From assembly GCA_964016885.1 (NCBI GenBank), contig OZ024755.1:36022001-36086000 (forward strand): a stretch of DNA of 64,000 nucleotides, given 5' to 3'. Each line of letters opens with the position of its first letter. Position 1 is the stretch's first letter. Of this stretch, positions 41,216-53,454 are shown piece by piece. The notes below the pieces were generated by a model. The model saw only the letters and a program-made list of their open reading frames with translations. It did not search any database and was not told the DNA's origin. Source of the stretch: Eledone cirrhosa. Lineage: Eukaryota. A program made the translations under genes and the position numbers.

Positions 41216-42103
41216 CAGGGTGCGGATGATATTTGTTCGCAAGATTACTGTCTAGGAAATAACACGGTAGTTTTATTTTTTAAGTTTTATTTATTAAACT
41301 TGGGTCAATTTGTCTTCCTGACTTGTTCTTTCGATCTCACTCAATAAACCCGCCATTGACTTTGATGACAGCCTCAAGGTAGCCTCGGAACCGGCTACAG
41401 GCCTTCGTCACTGTCCCCCGACTTAGGCCCCTAAAGGCACTTGTGGCCCTGGCCTTCAGATCGTCTTTCGTATTGCAGCTAGATCTGTTGGTGTCTCGTT
41501 CCACTGCGCCCCACACAAAGAAGTCGAGGGGGTTGCAGTCAGGCGAGCTGGGAGACCAGATGTCAGGTGAAGTGTGGTCGACGAAGTTCTCTGACAGCCA
41601 GGCTTGGGTCTTTCGGCTGGTATGGCAGGGCGCTGAGTCTTGCTGCCACACATATGGCCTACCTACAGCTACCTGGTCGATCCAGGGCTTTACTACCTCG
41701 CTCAGAATGCGGATGAAGCCATCGATGTTCAGCTTGAGGCCCTCAGGGAAGAAGTGAGGTGGCATGATGTCACCTTCACTGCTGACGACACCTAAGACCA
41801 ATGTTGTCGCTGGAAACTTTGTCTGCATGACTCTGGGCACGTCTTTGGATGAGACAGCGAGCCACCTGTTGTTCTGGGAGTTGATCTTCTGGTCTTATTT
41901 GTCCTCCCGGCGCGGATTCCAAGCAGACCTCCGTGTCTCTTCCACAAATTTGGAGGTTCAAAATTATTCATAATCAATTATTCTGAATATAAATAATGGA
42001 AATATAGTTACTGTTTTTATGAAGACAAGAGTGACAACGGAAGTAAAAAAAATTTGCATAAAATTAGCAGTTAAAATTGCAAATAGATATCGTCCGTGCC
42101 CTG
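41216..42103 (-). mobile_element. Internally deleted Tc1/mariner element of DD37D (maT) type
   Basis: ORF 41337-41840 has WQQDSAPCH and SPDCNPLDF with 37 residues between the two Asp; imperfect TIRs CAGGGTGCGGATGATAT / ATATCGTCCGTGCCCTG flanked by TA. Confidence 0.85.
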
Positions 42104-42189
42104 TATATGGTTGTACAGGGGAATATATGGTGTATATATGGTATATATACAATATATATAGTTGTACAGGGGAATATATGGTGTATATG

Positions 42190-42672
42190 TACGAACGAAA
42201 GGCAGGTTATATGATGCCTGTATGAGATTCGCGATGCTGCATGGTAGTGAGACATGGGCAGCAACTGCAGAGGATGTGCAACGGCTGGAGAGAAATGAAG
42301 CAAGCATGCTGTGTTGGATGTGCAATGTCAATGTGCATGAACGACCAAGCATAGATGAGTTGAGAGACAAACTGTGTATAAGAGAGGATAGGCTGTAGTG
42401 TGTTGGAGAGAAGACTGCGATGGTATGGGCATGTGATGCACATGGAGGATGACCGCTGGGTAAAGAGGTGCCAAGAAATCCCAGTAGAAGGAAGACGCAG
42501 TAGAGTGAGACCACGAAAATAATGGGCGGAGGTGGTGAGAGCAGACCTCAGATCACTGAAGCTCACAGAGGACATGTCGAAGGACCGTGACAAATGGAGA
42601 GATGCTCTGCTGAATAGGACCCGTCCCACCCTTGCAAGCACGGAAAAGCGGACATAAAATGATGATGATGAT
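42190..42672 (+). mobile_element. RTE LINE ORF2 3' fragment
   Basis: KGRLYDACMRFAMLHGSETW...RRLRWYGHVMHM...; frameshifted; (ATG)n tail. Confidence 0.85.
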
Positions 42673-43135
42673 AATTGATGTCACCAGTAGAGGGGCAATG
42701 TATGTCCTTTCAACAAAGACCATCATCATCATCATTATTATCACCGTTTAATGTCCATTTTCTATGCTTGCATGAGTTAGACGGATCGTCTACATCATGA
42801 GACAAGTCTGGCCAGATTGGTCATGCTGAACCTTTCTCAGACAGAACTGTAAATTTGGTCAGGATTTTTACAGCTGGATGCCCTTCCTGACACCAATCAC
42901 ATTTACAGTACATCCACACAAGATATAAAGATGTACCATATTCTCCGTAGTGCCATCTATATAAAGTATGTGATTGCTTGCTTGTCTATAATGTAATGTA
43001 ATACAGCCAAAAGGGCACATAATGGGAACATATTTTGAAAGGAAGTTGACCCTGAAATGGGGATACAAATGGAATAAAACAAGTTTTGTGTAAATCGAAG
43101 CATGGGTTCCCATGGGTTTTCTGGATACCTTCATT

Positions 43136-43187
<52 letters not shown>

Positions 43188-43859
43188 TAGTGGTTGTGAG
43201 AGAGTAGATTGACATAGAGAGAGGGAGAGGAGATAGAGAAGGAGAATGGAAGAGAGAGAGAGAGCTGTTGGTGTTGTTGTGTATATACAGTATATATATA
43301 TGAGTGTGTGTGTATATATGTGTGTGTGTGTGTATGACCAGTGTATATAGATCACAGACACCCATATATATATATATATATACACCCACACATACATATA
43401 TATATGTGTATACACATACACACACATTTATATATATACATACACACACACACATATATATATATGGACCTTCCAGTTTCATTTTACATTATATACATGT
43501 CTGTGCATATTTTAATTATTTAAAAATTATTTTGAAGTGAACATGACCCAATGGGTCACGGGTGGTGTAGTACTTTATAAAAGTATAGAAAACATTCACT
43601 GGGTGCTTTTTGTTGTGTCACTGACACAACCACTTTACAGTGGGCAGAAATGAGACGATGGGGTAGGGTGTGTTGGGTGGGGTGTGTATTGGGTCAATAA
43701 TAATAATAATAATTGTTTCTACTTTTGGCACAAGGCCAGCAATTACCCCAGTGCCCTTACTGGTACTTTATTTTATCGACTGCGTAAGGATGAAAGGCAA
43801 AGTTAACCTCAGCGAGATTTGAACTCAGATCAAAACATTCACAAATTAATGATGATGAG

Positions 43860-44345
43860 GAATGTGTAACGAATTTCCCTATTGTGTTCTTGAATAAACA
43901 AACATTATCATGGCTGTCTAAAGTTTAGCTGAGGCTAAAGAAAGGCTTCAGAGTATGGCTTCTTCAAAACTTGAACCCTAGGATTTGAACTCTTCTATGG
44001 CAGCTATCTAGTTGTCCTCGACCACTGCATCAAATTTATATTCAGGAATGCTGACAGACATGGACAAAGAAAACATTGAAATGATTTCACTCCAAATGAC
44101 ATAACCTTACCATTTTTCATGTGAAGGAGACAATTTCCAGTGATTCCTGAAGTTACTATGATGATTAACAAACCAGAAAGGCAAACATTGAATAAAATAG
44201 GTTTCTTCCTGCCACAACATATATATATCCCTAGCCAGTTCTGTGTAGCTCTATGTACAACCAGGAATCTGACTAACTTGAAATTGCAAATTGAAGGTTA
44301 TGAAGGTCAAAGCAAAACTCAGGTGTTCAAGTGTCTTTCCAAAGA
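43860..44345 (+). pseudogene. Helitron RepHel / PIF1-like helicase fossil, 3' part
   Basis: RRQFPVIPEVTMMINKPERQTLNKIGFFLP...SQFCVAL resembles RRQFP...AMTINKSQGQTL...GQLYVALSR. Confidence 0.75.
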
Positions 44346-44501
44346 ATGTTGTAAACAAGGAATTAAGTTAAATCTTTCTTTTTATGGGTACTATGCTAGT
44401 GTAAATATATATTACTTGTTCCTATTACCCACTCTACTACCCTAAGTATTGAGTACTTTGGTGCGTTATGGTCCACCTGGTTCCTTACCACATTTCCTTT
44501 G

Positions 44502-44541
<40 letters not shown>

Positions 44542-44579
44542 TGAGGTTAACTTTGCCTTTTATCCTTACGGGGTACAAA

Positions 44580-44586
44580 CAGCAGC

Positions 44587-44624
<38 letters not shown>

Positions 44625-44740
44625 CAGTAGCAACATCAATAGTAGTAGCAGTAATAACAGCAGCAACAATAGTAGTAGCAGCGCCAGTAGCAGCACTAGT
44701 AGCAGCAGCAGTAGTAGCAATAGCAGTAGTAGTAGTAGTA
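44580..44740 (+). repeat. (AGT/AGC)n trinucleotide repeat
   Basis: Direct inspection. Confidence 0.9.
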
Positions 44741-44947
44741 TTTTGTATGATACTTTTGTTGTTCTCATTGGTGTTTTTTTTGCTATGGTGAAGCTGCCAG
44801 CCAAGAGTTAAATTTTTGGCAATTTCTCTAACGAATGACCTATAATTTATTAATTATTTTCAACATATCCTTTTCCATTATCTATGGGAGAGACTAGAAT
44901 AGCATTCATAATTCACAACTACTTCTGTTTCTTTCATATATTTATAT

Positions 44948-45185
44948 ATCATCATCATCATCAGGTTTAGCGTCCGTGTTCCACGCTTGCATGGGTTTGG
45001 ACGTGGGTTTTCCCACTTGAGGCAAGAGTGGTTGTCTTGCTCGCATAGGACTGTCTGGCGGGTTTTCTACAGTTGGATGCCCTTCTTAACACCAACCACA
45101 TTTACAGTGTGGGGCTGGGAGGTTTTTACCGTGTTGCCTACACGGCCACATTTACAGCGTGGACTGTGTGTTTCTTTGTCGTGGA
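44948..45185 (-). mobile_element. RTE LINE 3' UTR fragment
   Basis: Matches 34329-34560. Confidence 0.75.
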
Positions 45186-45194
45186 CACGTGAAG

Positions 45195-45478
45195 GTACAT
45201 GGCTTAGTGGTTAGAGCAGCAGGCTTGCAATCGAAAGGTTGTGAGTTCAATTATCGGACCTGGTGATGTGTTGTTTCCTTGAGCAAGACACTTTATTTCA
45301 CATTGCTCCAGTTTACTCAGCTGAAAATGAGTACCAGCAATAGCTGGAGGTTTAACCCTGCGATGGACTGGCGTCCTGTCCAGGGGGGAGTCTTGTACTC
45401 TCAGTCGCTTCACGCCATGTAGCCGGGATAAGCACCGGCCAAATGAGCCTTCTGGCTTAAGACAGACATGAGACTTAC
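45195..45478 (+). mobile_element. SINE with family A head and CORE region but a different tail
   Basis: Head and CORE match 8855; continues GAAAATGAGTACCAGC...CCCTGCGATGGACTGGCGTCCTGTCCAGGG. Confidence 0.8.
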
Positions 45479-45594
45479 AGCCTGCCCACCCAGCCAGTGG
45501 GATGGCGTCATCTTATGGCTAAAACAGCATGTGCTGTGACCAGCGACAGACTGGTCGGTCAAGGTGGTCAAGGTGGTCAAGGTGATATATAGAC

Positions 45595-45917
45595 AGATAT
45601 GTATACATATATAGAGAGAGATACAAACATATATATATAGAGATAGACAGACACATATATATATATATATATGTATACACACACACACATACACATATAT
45701 AGAGAGAGATACAAACATATATATATAGAGATAGACAGACACATATATATATATATATATATGTATACACACACACACATCTACATATATAGAGAGAGAT
45801 ACAAACATATATATAGAGAGAGATAGACAGACATATATATATATATATATATGTATACACACACACACATATATATATAGAGAGAGATACAAACAGATAT
45901 ATATAGAGAGATAGACA

Positions 45918-45962
<45 letters not shown>

Positions 45963-46060
45963 ACACACACACACATACACATATATATATAGAGCGAGAT
46001 ACAAACATATATATATAGAGAGATAGACAGACACATATATATATATATATATATATATAT
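45595..46060 (+). repeat. Compound microsatellite unit (~115 bp) that resumes at 50335-50580
   Basis: GAGAGAGATACAAACATATA...GATAGACAGACA in the same orientation on both sides of the 310-bp array. Confidence 0.8.
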
Positions 46061-48640
46061 GAATATAGACATAGAATATTCGAAAATATTCTGTATGTTT
46101 ATAATAAACATTTTGAAGACCTAATCGCTATAGAATAGAATACGTCACGTATTACAATTAGATTCTCGATAAAAGCAAGGGAAGTAATCTACGCGTTTCA
46201 TTCTCGTTAGAAATCATCAGGACTACATATCCAGTGCTTTTATCGAGAATGACACAGCTAGAGACTTATAGAATACTTAGCTGTGTACAGGAACTGGTTT
46301 GAAAGAGCGGTTGCCGGTCCGGCAGAAATTAGAAATTGGAATAAATGCTCTGAAATAGCGATATATATGTGAATATAGACATAGAATATTCGAAAATATT
46401 CTGTATGTTTATAATAAACATTTTGAAGACCTAATCGCTATAGAATAGAATACGTCACGTATTACAATTAGATTCTCGATAAAAGCAAGGGAAGTAATCT
46501 ACGCGTTTCATTCTCGTTAGAAATCATCAGGACTACATATCCAGTGCTTTTATCGAGAATGACACAGCTAGAGACTTATAGAATACTTAGCTGTGTACAG
46601 GAACTGGTTTGAAAGAGCGGTTGCCGGTCCGGCAGAAATTAGAAATTGGAATAAATGCTCTGAAATAGCGATATATATGTGAATATAGACATAGAATATT
46701 CGAAAATATTCTGTATGTTTATAATAAACATTTTGAAGACCTAATCGCTATAGAATAGAATACGTCACGTATTACAATTAGATTCTCGATAAAAGCAAGG
46801 GAAGTAATCTACGCGTTTCATTCTCGTTAGAAATCATCAGGACTACATATCCAGTGCTTTTATCGAGAATGACACAGCTAGAGACTTATAGAATACTTAG
46901 CTGTGTACAGGAACTGGTTTGAAAGAGCGGTTGCCGGTCCGGCAGAAATTAGAAATTGGAATAAATGCTCTGAAATAGCGATATATATGTGAATATAGAC
47001 ATAGAATATTCGAAAATATTCTGTATGTTTATAATAAACATTTTGAAGACCTAATCGCTATAGAATAGAATACGTCACGTATTACAATTAGATTCTCGAT
47101 AAAAGCAAGGGAAGTAATCTACGCGTTTCATTCTCGTTAGAAATCAACAGGACTACATATCCAGTGCTTTTATCGAGAATGACACAGCTAGAGACTTATA
47201 GAATACTTAGCTGTGTACAGGAACTGGTTTGAAAGAGCGGTTGCCGGTCCGGCAGAAATTAGAAATTGGAATAAATGCTCTGAAATAGCGATATATATGT
47301 GAATATAGACATAGAATATTCGAAAATATTCTGTATGTTTATAATAAACATTTTGAAGACCTAATCGCTATAGAATAGAATACGTCACGTATTACAATTA
47401 GATTCTCGATAAAAGCAAGGGAAGTAATCTACGCGTTTCATTCTCGTTAGAAATCATCAGGACTACATATCCAGTGCTTTTATCGAGAATGACACAGCTA
47501 GAGACTTATAGAATACTTAGCTGTGTACAGGAACTGGTTTGAAAGAGCGGTTGCCGGTCCGGCAGAAATTAGAAATTGGAATAAATGCTCTGAAATAGCG
47601 ATATATATGTGAATATAGACATAGAATATTCGAAAATATTCTGTATGTTTATAATAAACATTTTGAAGACCTAATCGCTATAGAATAGAATACGTCACGT
47701 ATTACAATTAGATTCTCGATAAAAGCAAGGGAAGTAATCTACGCGTTTCATTCTCGTTAGAAATCATCAGGACTACATATCCAGTGCTTTTATCGAGAAT
47801 GACACAGCTAGAGACTTATAGAATACTTAGCTGTGTACAGGAACTGGTTTGAAAGAGCGGTTGCCGGTCCGGCAGAAATTAGAAATTGGAATAAATGCTC
47901 TGAAATAGCGATATATATGTGAATATAGACATAGAATATTCGAAAATATTCTGTATGTTTATAATAAACATTTTGAAGACCTAATCGCTATAGAATAGAA
48001 TACGTCACGTATTACAATTAGATTCTCGATAAAAGCAAGGGAAGTAATCTACGCGTTTCATTCTCGTTAGAAATCATCAGGACTACATATCCAGTGCTTT
48101 TATCGAGAATGACACAGCTAGAGACTTATAGAATACTTAGCTGTGTACAGGAACTGGTTTGAAAGAGCGGTTGCCGGTCCGGCAGAAATTAGAAATTGGA
48201 ATAAATGCTCTGAAATAGCGATATATATGTGAATATAGACATAGAATATTCGAAAATATTCTGTATGTTTATAATAAACATTTTGAAGACCTAATCGCTA
48301 TAGAATAGAATACGTCACGTATTACAATTAGATTCTCGATAAAAGCAAGGGAAGTAATCTACGCGTTTCATTCTCGTTAGAAATCATCAGGACTACATAT
48401 CCAGTGCTTTTATCGAGAATGACACAGCTAGAGACTTATAGAATACTTAGCTGTGTACAGGAACTGGTTTGAAAGAGCGGTTGCCGGTCCGGCAGAAATT
48501 AGAAATTGGAATAAATGCTCTGAAATAGCGATATATATGTGAATATAGACATAGAATATTCGAAAATATTCTGTATGTTTATAATAAACATTTTGAAGAC
48601 CTAATCGCTATAGAATAGAATACGTCACGTATTACAATTA
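46061..48640 (-). mobile_element. 310-bp tandem array, left arm (8.3 copies); retrozyme/Penelope-like with a hammerhead on the minus strand
   Basis: Units start at 46061, 46371 ... 48541; hammerhead at unit positions 102-190 (first copy 46162-46250). Confidence 0.8.
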
Positions 48641-50332
48641 CTTTTATCGAGAATCTAATTGTAATACGTGACGTATTCTATTCTATAGCGATTAGGTCTT
48701 CAAAATGTTTATTATAAACATACAGAATATTTTCGAATATTCTATGTCTATATTCACATATATATCGCTATTTCAGAGCATTTATTCCAATTTCTAATTT
48801 CTGCCGGACCGGCAACCGCTCTTTCAAACCAGTTCCTGTACACAGCTAAGTATTCTATAAGTCTCTAGCTGTGTCATTCTCGATAAAAGCACTGGATATG
48901 TAGTCCTGATGATTTCTAACGAGAATGAAACGCGTAGATTACTTCCCTTGCTTTTATCGAGAATCTAATTGTAATACGTGACGTATTCTATTCTATAGCG
49001 ATTAGGTCTTCAAAATGTTTATTATAAACATACAGAATATTTTCGAATATTCTATGTCTATATTCACATATATATCGCTATTTCAGAGCATTTATTCCAA
49101 TTTCTAATTTCTGCCGGACCGGCAACCGCTCTTTCAAACCAGTTCCTGTACACAGCTAAGTATTCTATAAGTCTCTAGCTGTGTCATTCTCGATAAAAGC
49201 ACTGGATATGTAGTCCTGATGATTTCTAACGAGAATGAAACGCGTAGATTACTTCCCTTGCTTTTATCGAGAATCTAATTGTAATACGTGACGTATTCTA
49301 TTCTATAGCGATTAGGTCTTCAAAATGTTTATTATAAACATACAGAATATTTTCGAATATTCTATGTCTATATTCACATATATATCGCTATTTCAGAGCA
49401 TTTATTCCAATTTCTAATTTCTGCCGGACCGGCAACCGCTCTTTCAAACCAGTTCCTGTACACAGCTAAGTATTCTATAAGTCTCTAGCTGTGTCATTCT
49501 CGATAAAAGCACTGGATATGTAGTCCTGATGATTTCTAACGAGAATGAAACGCGTAGATTACTTCCCTTGCTTTTATCGAGAATCTAATTGTAATACGTG
49601 ACGTATTCTATTCTATAGCGATTAGGTCTTCAAAATGTTTATTATAAACATACAGAATATTTTCGAATATTCTATGTCTATATTCACATATATATCGCTA
49701 TTTCAGAGCATTTATTCCAATTTCTAATTTCTGCCGGACCGGCAACCGCTCTTTCAAACCAGTTCCTGTACACAGCTAAGTATTCTATAAGTCTCTAGCT
49801 GTGTCATTCTCGATAAAAGCACTGGATATGTAGTCCTGATGATTTCTAACGAGAATGAAACGCGTAGATTACTTCCCTTGCTTTTATCGAGAATCTAATT
49901 GTAATACGTGACGTATTCTATTCTATAGCGATTAGGTCTTCAAAATGTTTATTATAAACATACAGAATATTTTCGAATATTCTATGTCTATATTCACATA
50001 TATATCGCTATTTCAGAGCATTTATTCCAATTTCTAATTTCTGCCGGACCGGCAACCGCTCTTTCAAACCAGTTCCTGTACACAGCTAAGTATTCTATAA
50101 GTCTCTAGCTGTGTCATTCTCGATAAAAGCACTGGATATGTAGTCCTGATGATTTCTAACGAGAATGAAACGCGTAGATTACTTCCCTTGCTTTTATCGA
50201 GAATCTAATTGTAATACGTGACGTATTCTATTCTATAGCGATTAGGTCTTCAAAATGTTTATTATAAACATACAGAATATTTTCGAATATTCTATGTCTA
50301 TATTCACATATATATCGCTATTTCAGAGCATT

Positions 50333-50335
<3 letters not shown>
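48641..50335 (+). mobile_element. 310-bp tandem array, inverted right arm (~5.5 copies)
   Basis: Reverse complement of the left-arm unit; five full hammerheads on the plus strand. Confidence 0.8.
48876..48964 (+). ncRNA. Type I hammerhead ribozyme (representative copy; repeats every 310 bp)
   Basis: AUUCUCGAUAAAAGCA cuggauau GUAGUC CUGAUGA u UUCU aacg AGAA u GAAA CGCG UA GAUUAC uucccu UGCUUUUAUCGAGAAU; predicted cleavage after 48936. Confidence 0.75.
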
Positions 50336-51149
<814 letters not shown>

Positions 51150-51501
51150 TTCAGTCTGGAGGATATAGCAAATCAATTCTTGTATATAATCTCTTTCTTT
51201 CATCTTTTATTATTGTCTGGTTGGTTGGCTGGTGTAAATGTCGTTTAGCAAAGCCATGTTCCACACATGTTCCACACTATTATCTATTCCTATAGTTCTC
51301 TCAGAACTATTTTATCCACCGGCCCTGTTTTGTCTTGGCTAGAAATGAATGGCTAACAAGTATGCATCCTATTAGATAGCCAACCTGTTCAATAGGTATA
51401 TTCCAGTTTATCCTAGTTTAGAACATACTTCATGTATTGACGTGGATAAAGGACATACTGTGAATTGTTTCTGTCCCTAAGTATTGACAACAGATTATTA
51501 C

Positions 51502-52415
51502 GTGGCCTAGTGGTAAGGGTGTGGAACTTATGATCATAATGTCGTGGTTTCGATTCCTGGGTTGTGTGTTGTGCTCTTGAGCAAAACACTTCATTTCACG
51601 TTGCTCCAGTGTACTCAGTGGAAGTGTGTGGCCTAGTGGTAAGGGTGTGGAACTTATGATCATAATGTCGTGGTTTCGATTCCTGGGTTGTGTGTTGTGC
51701 TCTTGAGCAAAACACTTCATTTCACGTTGCTCCAGTGTACTCAGTGGAAGTGTGTGGCCCAGTGGTAAGGGTGTGCAACTTACGATCATAATGCAGTGGG
51801 TTTGATTCCAGGGCTGGGTTGTGTGTTGTGCTCTTGAGCAAAACACTTCATTTCACGTTGCTCCAGTGTACTCAGTGGAAGTGTGTGGCCTAGTGGTAAG
51901 GGTGTGGAACTTATGATCATAATGTCGTGGTTTCGATTCCTGGGTTGTGTGTTGTGCTCTTGAGCAAAACACTTCATTTCACGTTGCTCCAGTGTACTCA
52001 GTGGAAGTGTGTGGCCCAGTGGTAAGGGTGTGCAACTTACGATCATAATGCAGTGGGTTTGATTCCAGGGCTGGGTTGTGTGTTGTGTTCTTGAGCAAAA
52101 CACTTCATTTCACGTTGCTCCAGTGTACTCAGTGGAAGTGTGTGGCCTAGTGGTAAGGGAGTGGAACTTATGATCATAATGTTGTGGGTTCGATTCCTGG
52201 GTTGTGTGTTGTGTTCTTGAGCAAAACACTTCATTTCACGTTGCTCCAGTATTCTCAGCTGAAAATGAGTACCAGCAATAGCTGGGGGTTTAACTCTGCG
52301 ATGGACTGGCGTCCTGTCCAGAGGGGAGCCTTATTCTCTCAGTCACTTCACGCCATGAAACCGGGATAAGCACTGGCCAAATGTGCCATCTGGTTTAAGA
52401 CAGACTTGAGACTTT
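51502..52415 (+). mobile_element. SINE with six tandem tRNA-head+CORE modules and a single tail
   Basis: Heads at 51502, 51628, 51754, 51885, 52011 and 52142, each with A box TGGCCYAGTGG and B box GTTYGATTCC; tail matches 45320-45478. Confidence 0.85.
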
Positions 52416-53454
52416 TTTGCATACCAAACTATGCTGGTTATGTGAGACTAATCTGTTTATTTTCAAGTGTTGAAAATATTCATCTAAAAAATCTTCCATC
52501 ACAATTTTATGTAAACATTATGAAGAAATAAGAGATTTATTGTAAAAAATTCAAGTGTCTTTTGTGGTTATGAAAATGGAAAAGGAATGGAAAGGGCTTT
52601 ATCAGTGCTGATCAGTTGTTGACCCTCTATAAAGTTCAGATACATAGGTGTTCTGTTATTATACATCTAAACATCCTTAGACTACATCCAAGAGAAGCTC
52701 ATCTAGCTAACTGATAAAAACACGATGCTGTGGGCATGTCGTTAGAATGTTAAATGATATATAACTAAAAAATCGTGTGTGGTTCAAACAGCTCTGAGGC
52801 AGATGAAATCCAACTTCATTGAATCCCAATCCTTTGATCAGTAGATCCCATTTGATTTTTGGTTTATCTAAGAATATTCAAGAGTCTTTTGTGGTTATGA
52901 AAACGGAAAAGTGAAAGGCAAAGGCTCCAGGGTCACAGAAGAATGGGGAAGGGGTAAGGGAGAGGGTGATGGGCTCTAGGACTAGGGCGCGGGAGTATTG
53001 GGGCACCACCCTGCAGACAAGACTGTAAAAGCATGAAATTATGCTCCAAACATAAATACTAAGAAACTTAATTATACAGGCAGTCCAAAAAATGTATACA
53101 AACTTACAACCAGCAAACAATATTGAAGCTATATGTTATCACTGGTTAAACTAATCTGCTAACCCTTTTGTTACCAATCCAGACAAAACGGGCTCTACTT
53201 CTATGAAATATACTACCCACTTTAAAGTAAATAAAAATCTTCCATCATAATTTTATATAAAAATCTTACATTAAGTTACTATCTTAGTAATGAAATGATA
53301 AATAATAATTCATTAGAAATAGATATGAAAGAGTTAAACTGATTTAGCTGAGCAGTTGTCAGTAGCTTTATTTGGTAAAATAAAATAGATACATTAATGC
53401 TCTTTGTTCTTTTGTGTTGGATTTGGTCTCCTTTAAGAACTGCGAAATATACAT

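Larger units (their letters stand above)
39033..42190 (+). repeat. TGGTTGTACAGGGGAATATATAGTG(TA)nTGG(TA)n minisatellite, interrupted by two insertions
   Basis: ~40-50-bp variable unit; interrupted at 39840-40025 and 41216-42103. Confidence 0.9.

Noticed and set aside
41337-41840. Functional transposase gene
   Set aside because: It lacks the N-terminal DNA-binding region and an in-frame first catalytic Asp; the element is only 888 bp
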